Assembly (NCBI GenBank): GCA_003142535.1
Contig: PLMQ01000064.1
Location: forward strand, 56,354 to 120,353
Length of the DNA: 64,000 nt
Origin: Syntrophaceae bacterium
Lineage (GTDB): Bacteria > Desulfobacterota > Syntrophia > Syntrophales > Smithellaceae
Direction: 5' to 3'
Made by a program: the position numbers and the translations under genes. A model generated the notes under the pieces. It had not been told where the DNA came from. It made no database searches and saw nothing but the letters and a program-made list of their open reading frames with translations. The stretch's first letter is position 1, and the number at the start of each line of letters is the position of its first letter. Below are positions 46,352-56,642 of this stretch, one piece after another.

Positions 46352-47659
46352 TTAATTCTTCATTGATGGCGGTTGACCGGTTGACTCTAATACGCGGAGC
46401 CAGACATTACCCCGGGGATCAATTCTTCGCCGAGATACAGCGGCACTTAAAGGCAAATGGACATATTCATCTTTCATCAAAGCTACCAGCAGACCTGTTT
46501 TCCCGGCCATTCCGGCATGCACTGCATATTGTCCCAATGAGCTGCAATAAATACTATCGGATGCATTAGCCTGAACCGAGCGGATCATATAACTGGGTTC
46601 AATATATTTTAAATTAATTTCCAGACTAATTTTCTGAAAATGCCTTTCAATTTCATTTTTCAAAAATATTCCTATGTCGTGCAGACGAATATTCCCGGAA
46701 GGATCGGTCTCCACTATTTCATCCGGTTCTCTTAATAAATCCTGCCCGGCTCCCTCCGCGACCAGAATAACGGCATGGCCGCTGGATTTTATTCTCTTTT
46801 CCAGCGCCTGAAGAAATCCTTTTTCTCCATCAAGGTCAAAAGGCACTTCCGGTATTAAAACAAAATTAGTGTCATTCTGCGCCAGGGCGGCATTAGCTGC
46901 AATATGGCCGGAGAGCCGGCCCATTATTTTAATCAGACCGATTCCGTTTACGGCACCTTTGGCTTCCACATGTCCACATTTAATAGCATGAACGGTCTGG
47001 GCTATTGCCGTATCAAAGCCAAAGGATTTTTGAATAAGATTAAGATCATTATCAATAGTTTTCGGAATACCCACAATGGAAATTTTCAGATTGCGTTTTT
47101 TAATTTCGGCCGTTATTTTTTGTATAGCACGCATCGTACCGTCTCCGCCGATGCAGAAAAGAATATCAATCTTCCAGTTACAAAGAGAGTTCACTATTTG
47201 ATTAATATTCTGATGACCGCGTGAACACGAAAGAATGCTTCCGCCAATATTGGTTATATCCTTGACTATTTCCGGAAAAAGCCGGACTAAATCATAGCCG
47301 TATTCGGGAATCAGCCCTCTTAAACCATACTTAATTCCCATTATATTTTTAACGCCATAACGATAAAACAGTTCCATAGTTATTGATCTGATTACATCAT
47401 TGATACCGGGGCAGAGACCGCCGCAGGTGACTATGGCTGCTGTGGTGAGGGAAGGTTCAAAAAAAATATTTTCCCGGGGACCGGCAAGTTCTATAGTCTG
47501 TAATCTTCTAGATTGATTATTATTATCTGTAAAACTTTCGGGATTACAGCCAAATAATATGCGCTGATTATCAGAGGTAAAATTTACATCATTAACCGAT
47601 GATTTAATCTTTCTTTCGCCTATATCAGCAATAGAAAAATCATTGTTTGGGATAATCAT
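46352..47659 (-). CDS. pfk: 6-phosphofructokinase (phosphoryl donor not resolved)
   Basis: GGLCPGIN, IGGDGT and PKTIDNDL motifs. Gly in GGDG is ATP-type but Lys in PKTIDND is PPi-type, so donor specificity is ambiguous from sequence. Confidence 0.88.
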   Translation of the reverse strand: MIIPNNDFSIADIGERKIKSSVNDVNFTSDNQRILFGCNPESFTDNNNQSRRLQTIELAGPRENIFFEPSLTTAAIVTCGGLCPGINDVIRSITMELFYRYGVKNIMGIKYGLRGLIPEYGYDLVRLFPEIVKDITNIGGSILSCSRGHQNINQIVNSLCNWKIDILFCIGGDGTMRAIQKITAEIKKRNLKISIVGIPKTIDNDLNLIQKSFGFDTAIAQTVHAIKCGHVEAKGAVNGIGLIKIMGRLSGHIAANAALAQNDTNFVLIPEVPFDLDGEKGFLQALEKRIKSSGHAVILVAEGAGQDLLREPDEIVETDPSGNIRLHDIGIFLKNEIERHFQKISLEINLKYIEPSYMIRSVQANASDSIYCSSLGQYAVHAGMAGKTGLLVALMKDEYVHLPLSAAVSRRRIDPRGNVWLRVLESTGQPPSMKN

Positions 47660-47665
47660 GGTTTA

Positions 47666-49102
47666 TTAAACCTTTCTGCCGATTACTCTCGAAACAGCAT
47701 TCATACCGGATATTATTTCGCCCTCAAAGCCGGCATCAGCTAATAAAGATGCCCCGGTCAAATATACATTTTTAAAACGTGTTTTATTTGTTCTGGCCGC
47801 AAATCCGGTAAGAAATGAATTTTTCATTTGATATTTCGGATTAACAATTTTGCGGCACATTTTTGATATTTCAATTGATGTATTCAGATCGTAAAATTCA
47901 ATATTTTCTTTTAAAAAGGGTAGAAATTGTTCGAGCCTGTCCATTATTGATGAAGCAATCGTTTCCAAATTTTCTTGACACCAGATGCTCGAATCGTTGG
48001 GTAAATACACTGTAGCCGTGAGCGATATTTTGTCTTTTGCAGTCACTGATTCTTCCGCCGACAAGACTGATTCTATGATGATTATGTTATTATCGTAAAT
48101 ATCTTTATTAACATCTGTGACCAAAGCTAAATGTCTGGCCATCTTTTCCGGAAGACATTTCTGGGCGCAACCCAAATGAATAGAGAAAGGAAAGTACGAT
48201 GTATTAACAGGCCTGAACCAATCACCGATATTGATTCTTTTTTTATTCTCCAGCAATAAATTCATTCTTTCCCATTTAGTGCTGACAATCAGATTCCTGG
48301 CCTCTAATATAGAGGTATTACCATTTTTATCAGCGATCTCGATCAATTTCCCCTTTTTGATACTGATTATATCGCAATTACTTAAATGTATACTATTTCC
48401 GGATACAATTTTTTTAATCAGGGAATCGTAAATGATCTGATTGCCCTGAGGAAAGCAATAAACGCCCCGAAATGGTATCGAATATAAATAATCTACTGCA
48501 AATTTATTCTGAGAGGTATTTATGCAGGAGAGTAATATTTCCTGGGCTTCAAATATTTTTTTCAAAGAAGCATTCTTAAAAATAATCTTTTCCAATTTTG
48601 ATTTTTCATATTTATATTTTAAAAAATGCGGAATTAATTTTAAATAATTATAGCAGTCCTTTATGCTTTGCGGCTGAACAAAAGGGTGCTCGTTAATCCA
48701 GTTGCCGAAAATAGAACTGTATTTGATGGCTGAATCATAAAAAGAATTAATTTCCTGGACATGATCGGGAAATTCCCTGGCCATTTCATTAATCAATGTA
48801 TCTTTTTGGTGGAAAAAATCAATTCTATGTTCCGGTAATATAACCTGATAAGCAGGATTTAATAATCTCCCGCCTATTTCATTTAACGGAATATTCAGGT
48901 CTTCGAAAAGAGAAGAACATATTTGGTTGGCTCCAAATCCGCTTAATGGCGTCGGATCGAGATTAAAAGCAAAATCACCGTTGGAATAAGTTCCGCCGGT
49001 ATCGACTTCAGTCAGAAGCGCCGTATGGAGACCGTACCCAGTGGCGACAGCAGCGGCAACATGAGAAGAAAGATCATCACCTATGACAATTAGATCATAC
49101 AT
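47666..49102 (-). CDS. Phytoene-desaturase/CrtI-like oxidoreductase family protein with degenerate dinucleotide-binding motif
   Basis: 478-aa ORF with a CrtI-like C-terminus (YLTGASLLADAGFEGEIISG). The N-terminus is DLIVIGDDLSSHVAAA instead of GxGxxG. Confidence 0.55.
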   Translation of the reverse strand: MYDLIVIGDDLSSHVAAAVATGYGLHTALLTEVDTGGTYSNGDFAFNLDPTPLSGFGANQICSSLFEDLNIPLNEIGGRLLNPAYQVILPEHRIDFFHQKDTLINEMAREFPDHVQEINSFYDSAIKYSSIFGNWINEHPFVQPQSIKDCYNYLKLIPHFLKYKYEKSKLEKIIFKNASLKKIFEAQEILLSCINTSQNKFAVDYLYSIPFRGVYCFPQGNQIIYDSLIKKIVSGNSIHLSNCDIISIKKGKLIEIADKNGNTSILEARNLIVSTKWERMNLLLENKKRINIGDWFRPVNTSYFPFSIHLGCAQKCLPEKMARHLALVTDVNKDIYDNNIIIIESVLSAEESVTAKDKISLTATVYLPNDSSIWCQENLETIASSIMDRLEQFLPFLKENIEFYDLNTSIEISKMCRKIVNPKYQMKNSFLTGFAARTNKTRFKNVYLTGASLLADAGFEGEIISGMNAVSRVIGRKV

Positions 49103-49106
49103 ATAT

Positions 49107-49535
49107 TTAGTCTAAATCCTCCACTGACATAACAATTAAACCTTCCTGCCGCAGGATTGCAGCAGTCACGCCCATTCCGGCAATAATAGATTTATCTCGA
49201 TAAATTTGATGCACGCCGCAAGACGGACTACCTTCTTTTAAAATAGCCTTTTTAATATTGTAAAGCCCGGCTATTCTTAGCACAATTTGCGCTCCGTTGA
49301 TAAATTCTTTTGTAACATCTTCAAAGGCGGCTTTAACGCCGGCCTTACCGGCTAAGACATCAAATCCGTTGCCGCCTGTAATTTGCGCCGGATCGCGCGG
49401 GGTTGCCAGCCCTCCCAATTGTTCAGGGCAAACAGGTAACAAATCCGGCAAATATGCAAAGAGCTTTTTTTCCAGAGAACTTTGGCCATTCCACCGGCAA
49501 TTAATTCCCAATAAACAAGCGCTGACAATAATCAT
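49107..49535 (-). CDS. DUF523 family protein (YbbK / 2-thiouracil desulfurase-like)
   Basis: N-terminus IIVSACLLGINCRWNG plus CPEQLGGL, typical of DUF523. Confidence 0.7.
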   Translation of the reverse strand: MIIVSACLLGINCRWNGQSSLEKKLFAYLPDLLPVCPEQLGGLATPRDPAQITGGNGFDVLAGKAGVKAAFEDVTKEFINGAQIVLRIAGLYNIKKAILKEGSPSCGVHQIYRDKSIIAGMGVTAAILRQEGLIVMSVEDLD

Positions 49536-49538
49536 TTT

Positions 49539-50213
49539 TTAAAATCCCGCTAAAGGAGGGTTGTATAAGGCAACAGGGGGTATTTTTTCTACTGTTTTTA
49601 TATGAACTTTACGTCCTTCTATTTTAATTTTATTTTCGGCAATTAATTGAATGGCCTGCGGATAAATGCGATGCTCTTGTTCCAATATGCGCGCAGCAAG
49701 TGACTCTTCCGTATCATTATCATAAACGGGAACAACGCTTTGAATAATTATCGGCCCGGAATCGATGCCTTCATCAACAAAATGAACGGTGCAACCGGAG
49801 AATTTAACTCCATATTCAAAAGCCATTTTTTGACCATGAGTTCCCGGAAATGAAGGCAGAAGGGCAGGGTGGATATTAATTATTCTTTGGGGAAACGCTT
49901 TCAAAAAAACAGGTGTGAGTATGCGCATGAAGCCGGCCAGCACAACAAGTTCAACTTTATTACTTTTTAATATTTTTATTAATTCTAAATCGAAATCTTC
50001 TCTGCTGTTAAAATCTTCGTGTTTTAAAATTACAGCAGACAAGCCGTGCTTTTGTGCTCGCGCTATTCCAAAAGCATCAGGGTTATTACTGATAACAACT
50101 TGAATACTGGCTTTCAGTGAGCCTTTTTCAATATTATCAATTATCGATTGGAGATTAGAACCGCTGCCGGAAACTAAAACCCCCAATTTTAATGGATCGG
50201 CCATATTTGCCAT
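49539..50213 (-). CDS. purN: Phosphoribosylglycinamide formyltransferase
   Basis: LVSGSGSNLQ and INIHPALLP motifs. I prefer the start at 50213, which forms a TGATG overlap with the purM stop. Confidence 0.92.
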   Translation of the reverse strand: MANMADPLKLGVLVSGSGSNLQSIIDNIEKGSLKASIQVVISNNPDAFGIARAQKHGLSAVILKHEDFNSREDFDLELIKILKSNKVELVVLAGFMRILTPVFLKAFPQRIINIHPALLPSFPGTHGQKMAFEYGVKFSGCTVHFVDEGIDSGPIIIQSVVPVYDNDTEESLAARILEQEHRIYPQAIQLIAENKIKIEGRKVHIKTVEKIPPVALYNPPLAGF

Positions 50214-51262
50214 CAAGTTTCGCTGAAACAAACTAATTCCTGATTATCTGCTCTATTTTCTATCTTACCGATAAGATATGCCTTTTCACCCAACATTTCC
50301 AGACGTCCGAGAACTTCTTTACTGTCTTTATCCGCTACAACAATCATCATGCCGATACCCATATTAAAAACACGAAACATTTCTTTTTCTTCAACATGGC
50401 CTATTTCTTTGATGACATTAAATATAGGCGGGATTTCCCAACTGTTTCTCGAAATCACGCAACGGCAGGCACGGGGAATTATTCGCGGGATATTGTCATA
50501 AAATCCGCCGCCGGTTATGTGGACTAATCCTTTGACATGGAAACTTTTAAAAATATTGAGCAAAGATTTGACGTAAATTATTGTTGGTTCTAAAAGCTCC
50601 AGACCAATGGATTTTTTTAAGCCGGATACTTTACTATTAACATTCAATTTTCCCTTTTCCAGAAGAACATTTCTGGCCAGAGAAAAACCGTTACTGTGCA
50701 GACCGCTGGAAGCAATCCCGATAACATGGTCGCTGGCACTGATTGCTGATCCATCGATAAGTTTATCTGATTCTACTGCACCGACACAAAAGCCGGCCAG
50801 ATCGTATTCACCGGTTTGATAAAAGCCGGGCATTTCCGCAGTTTCGCCGCCGATCAAAGAGCAGCCTGCCTGCCTACATCCTTCCACAATACCCTCGATA
50901 ATTTTCACACTTTTTTCCAATTCGATTTTCCCAGTTGCCAGATAATCGAGGAAAAATAATGGTTCGGCACCCTGAACGATGACATCATTTACCGACATGG
51001 CTACAAGATCAATACCGATAGTGTCATGTTTATCCACTAACTGCGCAATTTTTAATTTTGTACCTACGCCGTCTGTAGATGAAACAAGGATGGGATTTGT
51101 ATATTTTGTCGTATCCAGATGAAAAAGCCCGCCGAATCCGCCAATGCCGGAGACCATTTCTTTTCTGGCTGTTGTTTTGATTAAAGGCTTGATGCGCTCG
51201 ACAAAATCATTCGCATTATCAATATCTACACCGGCATTTTTATATGTAGCTTTGTGAGACAT
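50213..51262 (-). CDS. purM: Phosphoribosylformylglycinamidine cyclo-ligase (AIR synthetase)
   Basis: YKNAGVDID N-terminus and DGVGTK motif. Confidence 0.95.
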   Translation of the reverse strand: MSHKATYKNAGVDIDNANDFVERIKPLIKTTARKEMVSGIGGFGGLFHLDTTKYTNPILVSSTDGVGTKLKIAQLVDKHDTIGIDLVAMSVNDVIVQGAEPLFFLDYLATGKIELEKSVKIIEGIVEGCRQAGCSLIGGETAEMPGFYQTGEYDLAGFCVGAVESDKLIDGSAISASDHVIGIASSGLHSNGFSLARNVLLEKGKLNVNSKVSGLKKSIGLELLEPTIIYVKSLLNIFKSFHVKGLVHITGGGFYDNIPRIIPRACRCVISRNSWEIPPIFNVIKEIGHVEEKEMFRVFNMGIGMMIVVADKDSKEVLGRLEMLGEKAYLIGKIENRADNQELVCFSET

Positions 51263-51427
51263 GGTACTCCATAAGGTTGTTTTTCAGTAATTATCGATGA
51301 ATTGATAATTTAACGTAAATCGGCATTTAAGTCAATCATTCCTTGCGCAAATAAAATATATTTGTTAAAAAATTTTGTCAATTCTTTGATGATAATCTGA
51401 TTTATCAATTTAATTTATGGTATCCGC

Positions 51428-53890
51428 ATGGAAGCAGTTAAAAAAATTCTGCAAAAAATTGAACAGCCGCTACAATTTTCATCGCAAAATAATTATAAGA
51501 ATTTATCTCATATTAAAGATTTGGGTAAATCCCTTTTGCATTTATTAACCGTGTTGAAAGGATCCCTGCCATTTAGTGACGAGAGCAAGCTCCTGCAAAT
51601 TGTTGATGAACTGATATCCATATTTAAAGATTATGATTGGCAAAAGCTCGAATTAAAAAAAATAAAAATTGAAAAAGCATTAGTTTTATTCGGCCAGATG
51701 AAAACCGACATTGATACGATTCCGATGAGAGGCCAAAAACAGCTTCCGGACAATTTTACAATTCAAAGAATAGCCGATTTAAAAGAATCCCTGGCAAAAC
51801 TGGCGATGCCTGTACAGTATCTAAAAGGCATCGGGCCGAAAATGGCCCAGCGTTTTCTTGCAAAAAAAATCAGCAACGTGGAAGAGTTTCTCTATTTTCT
51901 ACCCCGTACTTATGAAGACAGGCGCGAAATCAAAAAGATCAACCGGCTGGAGGTTGGAAAAGCTCAAACCATCATGGGACAAGTGATTTTGGCTGAGATT
52001 AAATATTACGGCAAAAGAAGAATTTTGCAAATTACAATCAGTGATAATACAGCCAATTTAACTGCCAAGTGGTTTAAGGGACAGATGTCATATCTTCTCG
52101 GCACCTTTAAAAAGGGCGCAAGAGTAATTCTGACGGGCAATGTAACACCTGATTATACCGGCAAGGCAATGATCCATCCCGACTATGAAATACTGGAGGA
52201 TAAAGAAGAAGAAAACCTTTTAAATTTTAAAAGAATAGTTCCTGTTTATTCGGAGACAGAGGGTCTGCATCAAAAGTATATTCGTAAAATTATGTATCAG
52301 GCCCTGAATAATTATGCCCGTTACGTTCTATCTCCCATACCATCTGATATTTGTGAAAAACGCAAATTGATCAATATTCAGGAAGCATTGCACTCAGTTC
52401 ATTTTCCGGGAAACAACACATCTCTGGAAGAATACAATTCCAGCTCTTCTGCCGCACATCGTCGTTTAATTTATGATGAATTCTTCTTTTTTCAGCTAGG
52501 CCTGGCTATCAAAAAATCCGGACGGATTCTGGATAAAGGTATTTCATTTAAAATCAGGGGCAATTTACTAAAAAAGTTCTATGCGAATTTGCCATTCTCA
52601 TTAACTGCCGCCCAAAACAGGGTGATTTCCGAAATACAGGCCGATCTGTCCAAAGATACAGCGATGAACAGGCTACTCCAAGGCGATGTCGGCAGCGGCA
52701 AGACAATTGTCGCCGTGGCAGCAATGATTACGGCCTGTGAAAATTCTTATCAGGCGGCTCTCATGGCGCCAACGGAAATATTAGCCAAGCAACACTACCG
52801 GAATATTAGCAATTGGGCTGCCCAGCTTGATTTGAAAGTTGTTTTGTTAACAGGCAGCATGAATACAGCGGAAAGAACTGAGACTCTCGAACAGATTAAT
52901 GCAGGTAAAGTTAACATTATTATCGGCACCCATGCCTTGATTCAGGAAAGCGTTGATTTTCATAAACTGGGGCTCGTAATCATTGATGAACAGCACCGTT
53001 TCGGTGTGCTGCAGCGGGCAACATTGCGCAACAAGGGCATTAATGCCGATGTTTTGGTGATGACGGCTACGCCTATTCCGCGCACGCTGGCAATGACAGT
53101 TTATGGCGATCTCGACATATCGGTAATTGATGAAATGCCACCCGGGAAAAAACCGGTACGCACAATGTTGATGGGCGAAAACAAGAGAAATAATGTTTAT
53201 GCGATAATTGCCGACGAGCTGGCCAAAGGACATCAGGCTTTCATTGTTTATCCATTGGTAGAACAATCTGAAAATCTGGATTTAAAAGACGCAACCAATA
53301 TGGCGGCACATCTGCAAAAAGATATATTTCCTGATTATCGGGTGGGCCTGATTCACGGCAAAATGAAAGATAAAGAAAAAGACGCAGTAATGAAGGAGTT
53401 TCAGAAAAATCAAATAAATCTTCTCGTTGCCACAACGGTAATTGAAGTGGGGATTGACATACCGCGGGCATCGCTAATGGTCATTGAACATGCGGAACGT
53501 TTCGGCCTTTCGCAATTGCATCAATTGCGTGGCCGTGTAGGCAGAAGAGATATACCATCTAGCTGCATTTTACTGGCTAATTATGCCTGCTCACAGGACG
53601 CTCGGAAGAGATTAAAAGTTATGGAAAAAATAACGGATGGATTTGTGCTCGCAGAAGAAGACTTGATAATTCGCGGCCCCGGAGATTTTCTGGGAACAAG
53701 ACAATCAGGTTTGCCTGATTTCCGTATTGCCAGCATTATTCGTGATGCCCGTATTCTAAATGATGCCAAAGAAGATGCTTTCCAATTGGCGGCCAGTGAT
53801 CCATTTCTCGAGAAGCCGGAGCACCTGATTCTGCGCGAAACGCTGCTCTGGAAATGGCACGGTAAGCTGGATATGGCCAGAACAGGTTGA
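51428..53890 (+). CDS. recG: ATP-dependent DNA helicase RecG (long N-terminal extension)
   Basis: Wedge/OB region, GDVGSGKT Walker A, DEQHRFG, and the TRG-like region FGLSQLHQLRGRVGR. Confidence 0.93.
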   Translation: MEAVKKILQKIEQPLQFSSQNNYKNLSHIKDLGKSLLHLLTVLKGSLPFSDESKLLQIVDELISIFKDYDWQKLELKKIKIEKALVLFGQMKTDIDTIPMRGQKQLPDNFTIQRIADLKESLAKLAMPVQYLKGIGPKMAQRFLAKKISNVEEFLYFLPRTYEDRREIKKINRLEVGKAQTIMGQVILAEIKYYGKRRILQITISDNTANLTAKWFKGQMSYLLGTFKKGARVILTGNVTPDYTGKAMIHPDYEILEDKEEENLLNFKRIVPVYSETEGLHQKYIRKIMYQALNNYARYVLSPIPSDICEKRKLINIQEALHSVHFPGNNTSLEEYNSSSSAAHRRLIYDEFFFFQLGLAIKKSGRILDKGISFKIRGNLLKKFYANLPFSLTAAQNRVISEIQADLSKDTAMNRLLQGDVGSGKTIVAVAAMITACENSYQAALMAPTEILAKQHYRNISNWAAQLDLKVVLLTGSMNTAERTETLEQINAGKVNIIIGTHALIQESVDFHKLGLVIIDEQHRFGVLQRATLRNKGINADVLVMTATPIPRTLAMTVYGDLDISVIDEMPPGKKPVRTMLMGENKRNNVYAIIADELAKGHQAFIVYPLVEQSENLDLKDATNMAAHLQKDIFPDYRVGLIHGKMKDKEKDAVMKEFQKNQINLLVATTVIEVGIDIPRASLMVIEHAERFGLSQLHQLRGRVGRRDIPSSCILLANYACSQDARKRLKVMEKITDGFVLAEEDLIIRGPGDFLGTRQSGLPDFRIASIIRDARILNDAKEDAFQLAASDPFLEKPEHLILRETLLWKWHGKLDMARTG

Positions 53891-53948
53891 ATTTCAATTT
53901 TGCATGATGAAATATATAAGCAACTATTTCACTATAGTTTATATGTGT

Positions 53949-53976
53949 TTGACAAAACGAGGGTAATTGTTATAGG
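53949..53976 (+). promoter_or_regulatory. Possible hom promoter
   Basis: TTGACA (53949-53954), 16-nt spacer, TATAGG (53971-53976). Confidence 0.3.
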
Positions 53977-54036
53977 AAACAAAGTTAAAAATTCATAACG
54001 GCATGATAGCAATATGCAATATTTCTGGTGTAAATA

Positions 54037-55347
54037 ATGAAAGAAATTAACATCGGTTTAATTGGTTGGGGAAATATCGGAACTGGCGTCGTCAAGCTTT
54101 TGCAACAAAACGAAGAACTGATAACTAAAAAGCTCGGTGCAAGGCTTGTCTTAAAAAAGATCGCGGATATTGATATCACCTCGCCGCGGGCAATAAAAAT
54201 TAATAAAAACCTGCTCACCACCAATGCCCGCGAGATCATCAACGACAAAAGCATCTCTATTATGATCGAGCTTATGGGCGGATATGAACCGGCGCGGACT
54301 TTTATTCTGGAAGCCATCACTCAGGGTAAACATATCGTTACTGCCAACAAAGCAATGCTCGCGACTCATGGTAATGAAATCTTCCGGGCTGCCCAGAAAA
54401 AGGGCGTAGATATAGGCTTTGAAGCCAGCGTGGGTGGAACTATTCCTATCATCAGGACGCTGAAAGAATCGCTCATTGCCAACAACATCAAATCAATTTA
54501 CGGCATCATGAATGGCACCGCGAACTTCATTCTGACCAAAATGACCGAAGAAGGAAAAGACTTTGCTGCCGTACTCAAAGAAGCGCAAGCGCTCGGTTAT
54601 GCAGAGGCAGATCCGACCTATGATATCGAAGGCATTGATACAGCGCACAAGCTGGCCATTACTCTTTCTCTGGCCTATGGCTGCAAAGTCAAGCTGGAGA
54701 ATATTTTCCGTGAAGGCATTTCTTCCATCAGCCAACAGGATGTTGTTTTTGCCAGAGAGTTAGGTTACCGCATTAAACTTCTGGCGATTGCTATTTTACA
54801 TGATGGTATTGTCGAAGCGCGTATTCATCCAACAATGATTCCGTTTAAACATTTGCTGGCTAACGTCAACCAGAATTATAACGCCTTTCATTTGATTGGC
54901 GATGCTTCCGGCCCCGTTTTCCTCTATGGGCAGGGTGCGGGCATGATGCCGACCGCCAGCGCTGTTGTGAGCGATGTAATTGATATCGCTCGTGATCTAC
55001 AAAAAGGAGTTTCTGATCGCGTTCCACCCCGTTCGGTTAGTGAATCGATAATGGGCAACATCAATCTCATGCCTATGGACGAAATTGAAACAAAGTATTA
55101 CTTCCGCTTTTCGGCAGTGGATAGGCCCGGTGTTCTGTCCAAAATTTCCGGTATTTTAGGTGAGAATAATATCAGTATAGCAACCGTTATTCAAAAAGCG
55201 CAAAAGGAAGACAGTGCGGTACCTGTTGTTATGACTACTTATAAGGCAAAAGAAAAGAATGTGCGCAAAGCGTTGAAGAAAATTGATAAACTGGGCATTG
55301 TGCTGGATAAGACAATTCTGGTGCGTATTGAGGATGAACTGATTTAG
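54037..55347 (+). CDS. hom: Homoserine dehydrogenase with C-terminal ACT domain
   Basis: IGLIGWGNIGTGV NAD motif, central catalytic region and a C-terminal ACT-like RPGVLSKISGILGENNISI. Confidence 0.93.
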   Translation: MKEINIGLIGWGNIGTGVVKLLQQNEELITKKLGARLVLKKIADIDITSPRAIKINKNLLTTNAREIINDKSISIMIELMGGYEPARTFILEAITQGKHIVTANKAMLATHGNEIFRAAQKKGVDIGFEASVGGTIPIIRTLKESLIANNIKSIYGIMNGTANFILTKMTEEGKDFAAVLKEAQALGYAEADPTYDIEGIDTAHKLAITLSLAYGCKVKLENIFREGISSISQQDVVFARELGYRIKLLAIAILHDGIVEARIHPTMIPFKHLLANVNQNYNAFHLIGDASGPVFLYGQGAGMMPTASAVVSDVIDIARDLQKGVSDRVPPRSVSESIMGNINLMPMDEIETKYYFRFSAVDRPGVLSKISGILGENNISIATVIQKAQKEDSAVPVVMTTYKAKEKNVRKALKKIDKLGIVLDKTILVRIEDELI

Positions 55348-55415
55348 CATTACGCATTCCTCCTGCAATTTATCCCTGTAAAGACAGGAAGTGAAAGTTA
55401 GAAAAGAATATTCTT

Positions 55416-56642
55416 ATGAAATACGTTGTGTTACTTGGCGATGGGATGGCGGATTATCCAACGGAAAAGCTGGGGGGAAAGACCCCTTTGCAATGTGCGC
55501 TTACGCCTCATCTCGATCAGATTTCCGCAGAAGGAACAATCGGTTTAGTAGATACTATTCCTGCCGGACTCAAACCAGGCAGTGATGTGGCTAATTTGAG
55601 TGTGTTGGGTTACGATCCTCTGCATACCTATACGGGCCGAGGTCCCTTGGAAGCAGCCAGTATGGGAATAAATCTCGGCCCTAACGATATTGCCTACCGT
55701 TGCAATCTGGTGACTATCGGCAGTAAAGATACTGACAATGCGTGTATGGATGATTTCACGGCCGGCCATATATCAACTAAAGAAGCCCGGGAAATTATTT
55801 TGGATATAAATAAAGCAATCGGTTCTTCCCAATATCAATTTTTTCCGGGAGTCGGCTACCGCCATCTTTTTGTCTGGCGGAATGCCAGTGGATCTCCGGA
55901 AACAACAGCGCCGCACGATATTACCGGTAAAACTATTGTTTCTTATCTGCCGCAGGGTAATTTTGCCGAAGAAATAAAGTCGGTTATGCACAAAGCAGGT
56001 GAAATCTTAAATAATCATCAAATAAATGCGCAACGGTTAAAAAATGGTAAAAAGCCCGCTAATTCCATCTGGCTTTGGGGGCAGGGCAGAACCCCGAAAA
56101 TTACGTCACTGACACAAAAATATGGCCTCCAGGGCGGAATGATTTCCGCAGTGGACTTACTAAATGGAATTGGAGTTTTCGCCGGATTAAAAGTGATTCA
56201 TGTGGAAGGTGCAACTGGTTACATTGACACCAACTATGAAGGCAAAGCTAAAACAGCCTTGGATGCTTTAAAGTTTATGGATTTCATCTTTGTCCATTTG
56301 GAAGCACCTGACGAAATGGGACACGAAGGCAATGCTGCCGGTAAAATCCAAGCCATTGAATCTTTTGATGAAAAAATTGTAGGAACAATTTTAAATCATA
56401 TCGGAGTATTCGGTGATTATAGAATTCTCGTTTTAAGCGATCATCCGACTCCACTGGATCTAAAAACCCATGTTGGTGATCCCAGCCCCTTTGCCGTATT
56501 ATCTTCCCGTAAAGAAGAAAATAAGGCAACTGGTTTACCGTTTAATGAAATCACAGCTAAGGAAAGCGGCATTATAATTTCGCCGGGTTATCTTTTAATG
56601 GATAAGTTCATTAAAGACTGGAGTTCGTTCGTTGGTTCATAA
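55416..56642 (+). CDS. Cofactor-independent phosphoglycerate mutase homologue (ApgM type); member of the clade proposed to act as homoserine kinase
   Basis: MKYVVLLGDGMAD N-terminus and HLEAPDEMGHEG metalloenzyme motif. Lies directly downstream of hom. Confidence 0.75.
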   Translation: MKYVVLLGDGMADYPTEKLGGKTPLQCALTPHLDQISAEGTIGLVDTIPAGLKPGSDVANLSVLGYDPLHTYTGRGPLEAASMGINLGPNDIAYRCNLVTIGSKDTDNACMDDFTAGHISTKEAREIILDINKAIGSSQYQFFPGVGYRHLFVWRNASGSPETTAPHDITGKTIVSYLPQGNFAEEIKSVMHKAGEILNNHQINAQRLKNGKKPANSIWLWGQGRTPKITSLTQKYGLQGGMISAVDLLNGIGVFAGLKVIHVEGATGYIDTNYEGKAKTALDALKFMDFIFVHLEAPDEMGHEGNAAGKIQAIESFDEKIVGTILNHIGVFGDYRILVLSDHPTPLDLKTHVGDPSPFAVLSSRKEENKATGLPFNEITAKESGIIISPGYLLMDKFIKDWSSFVGS

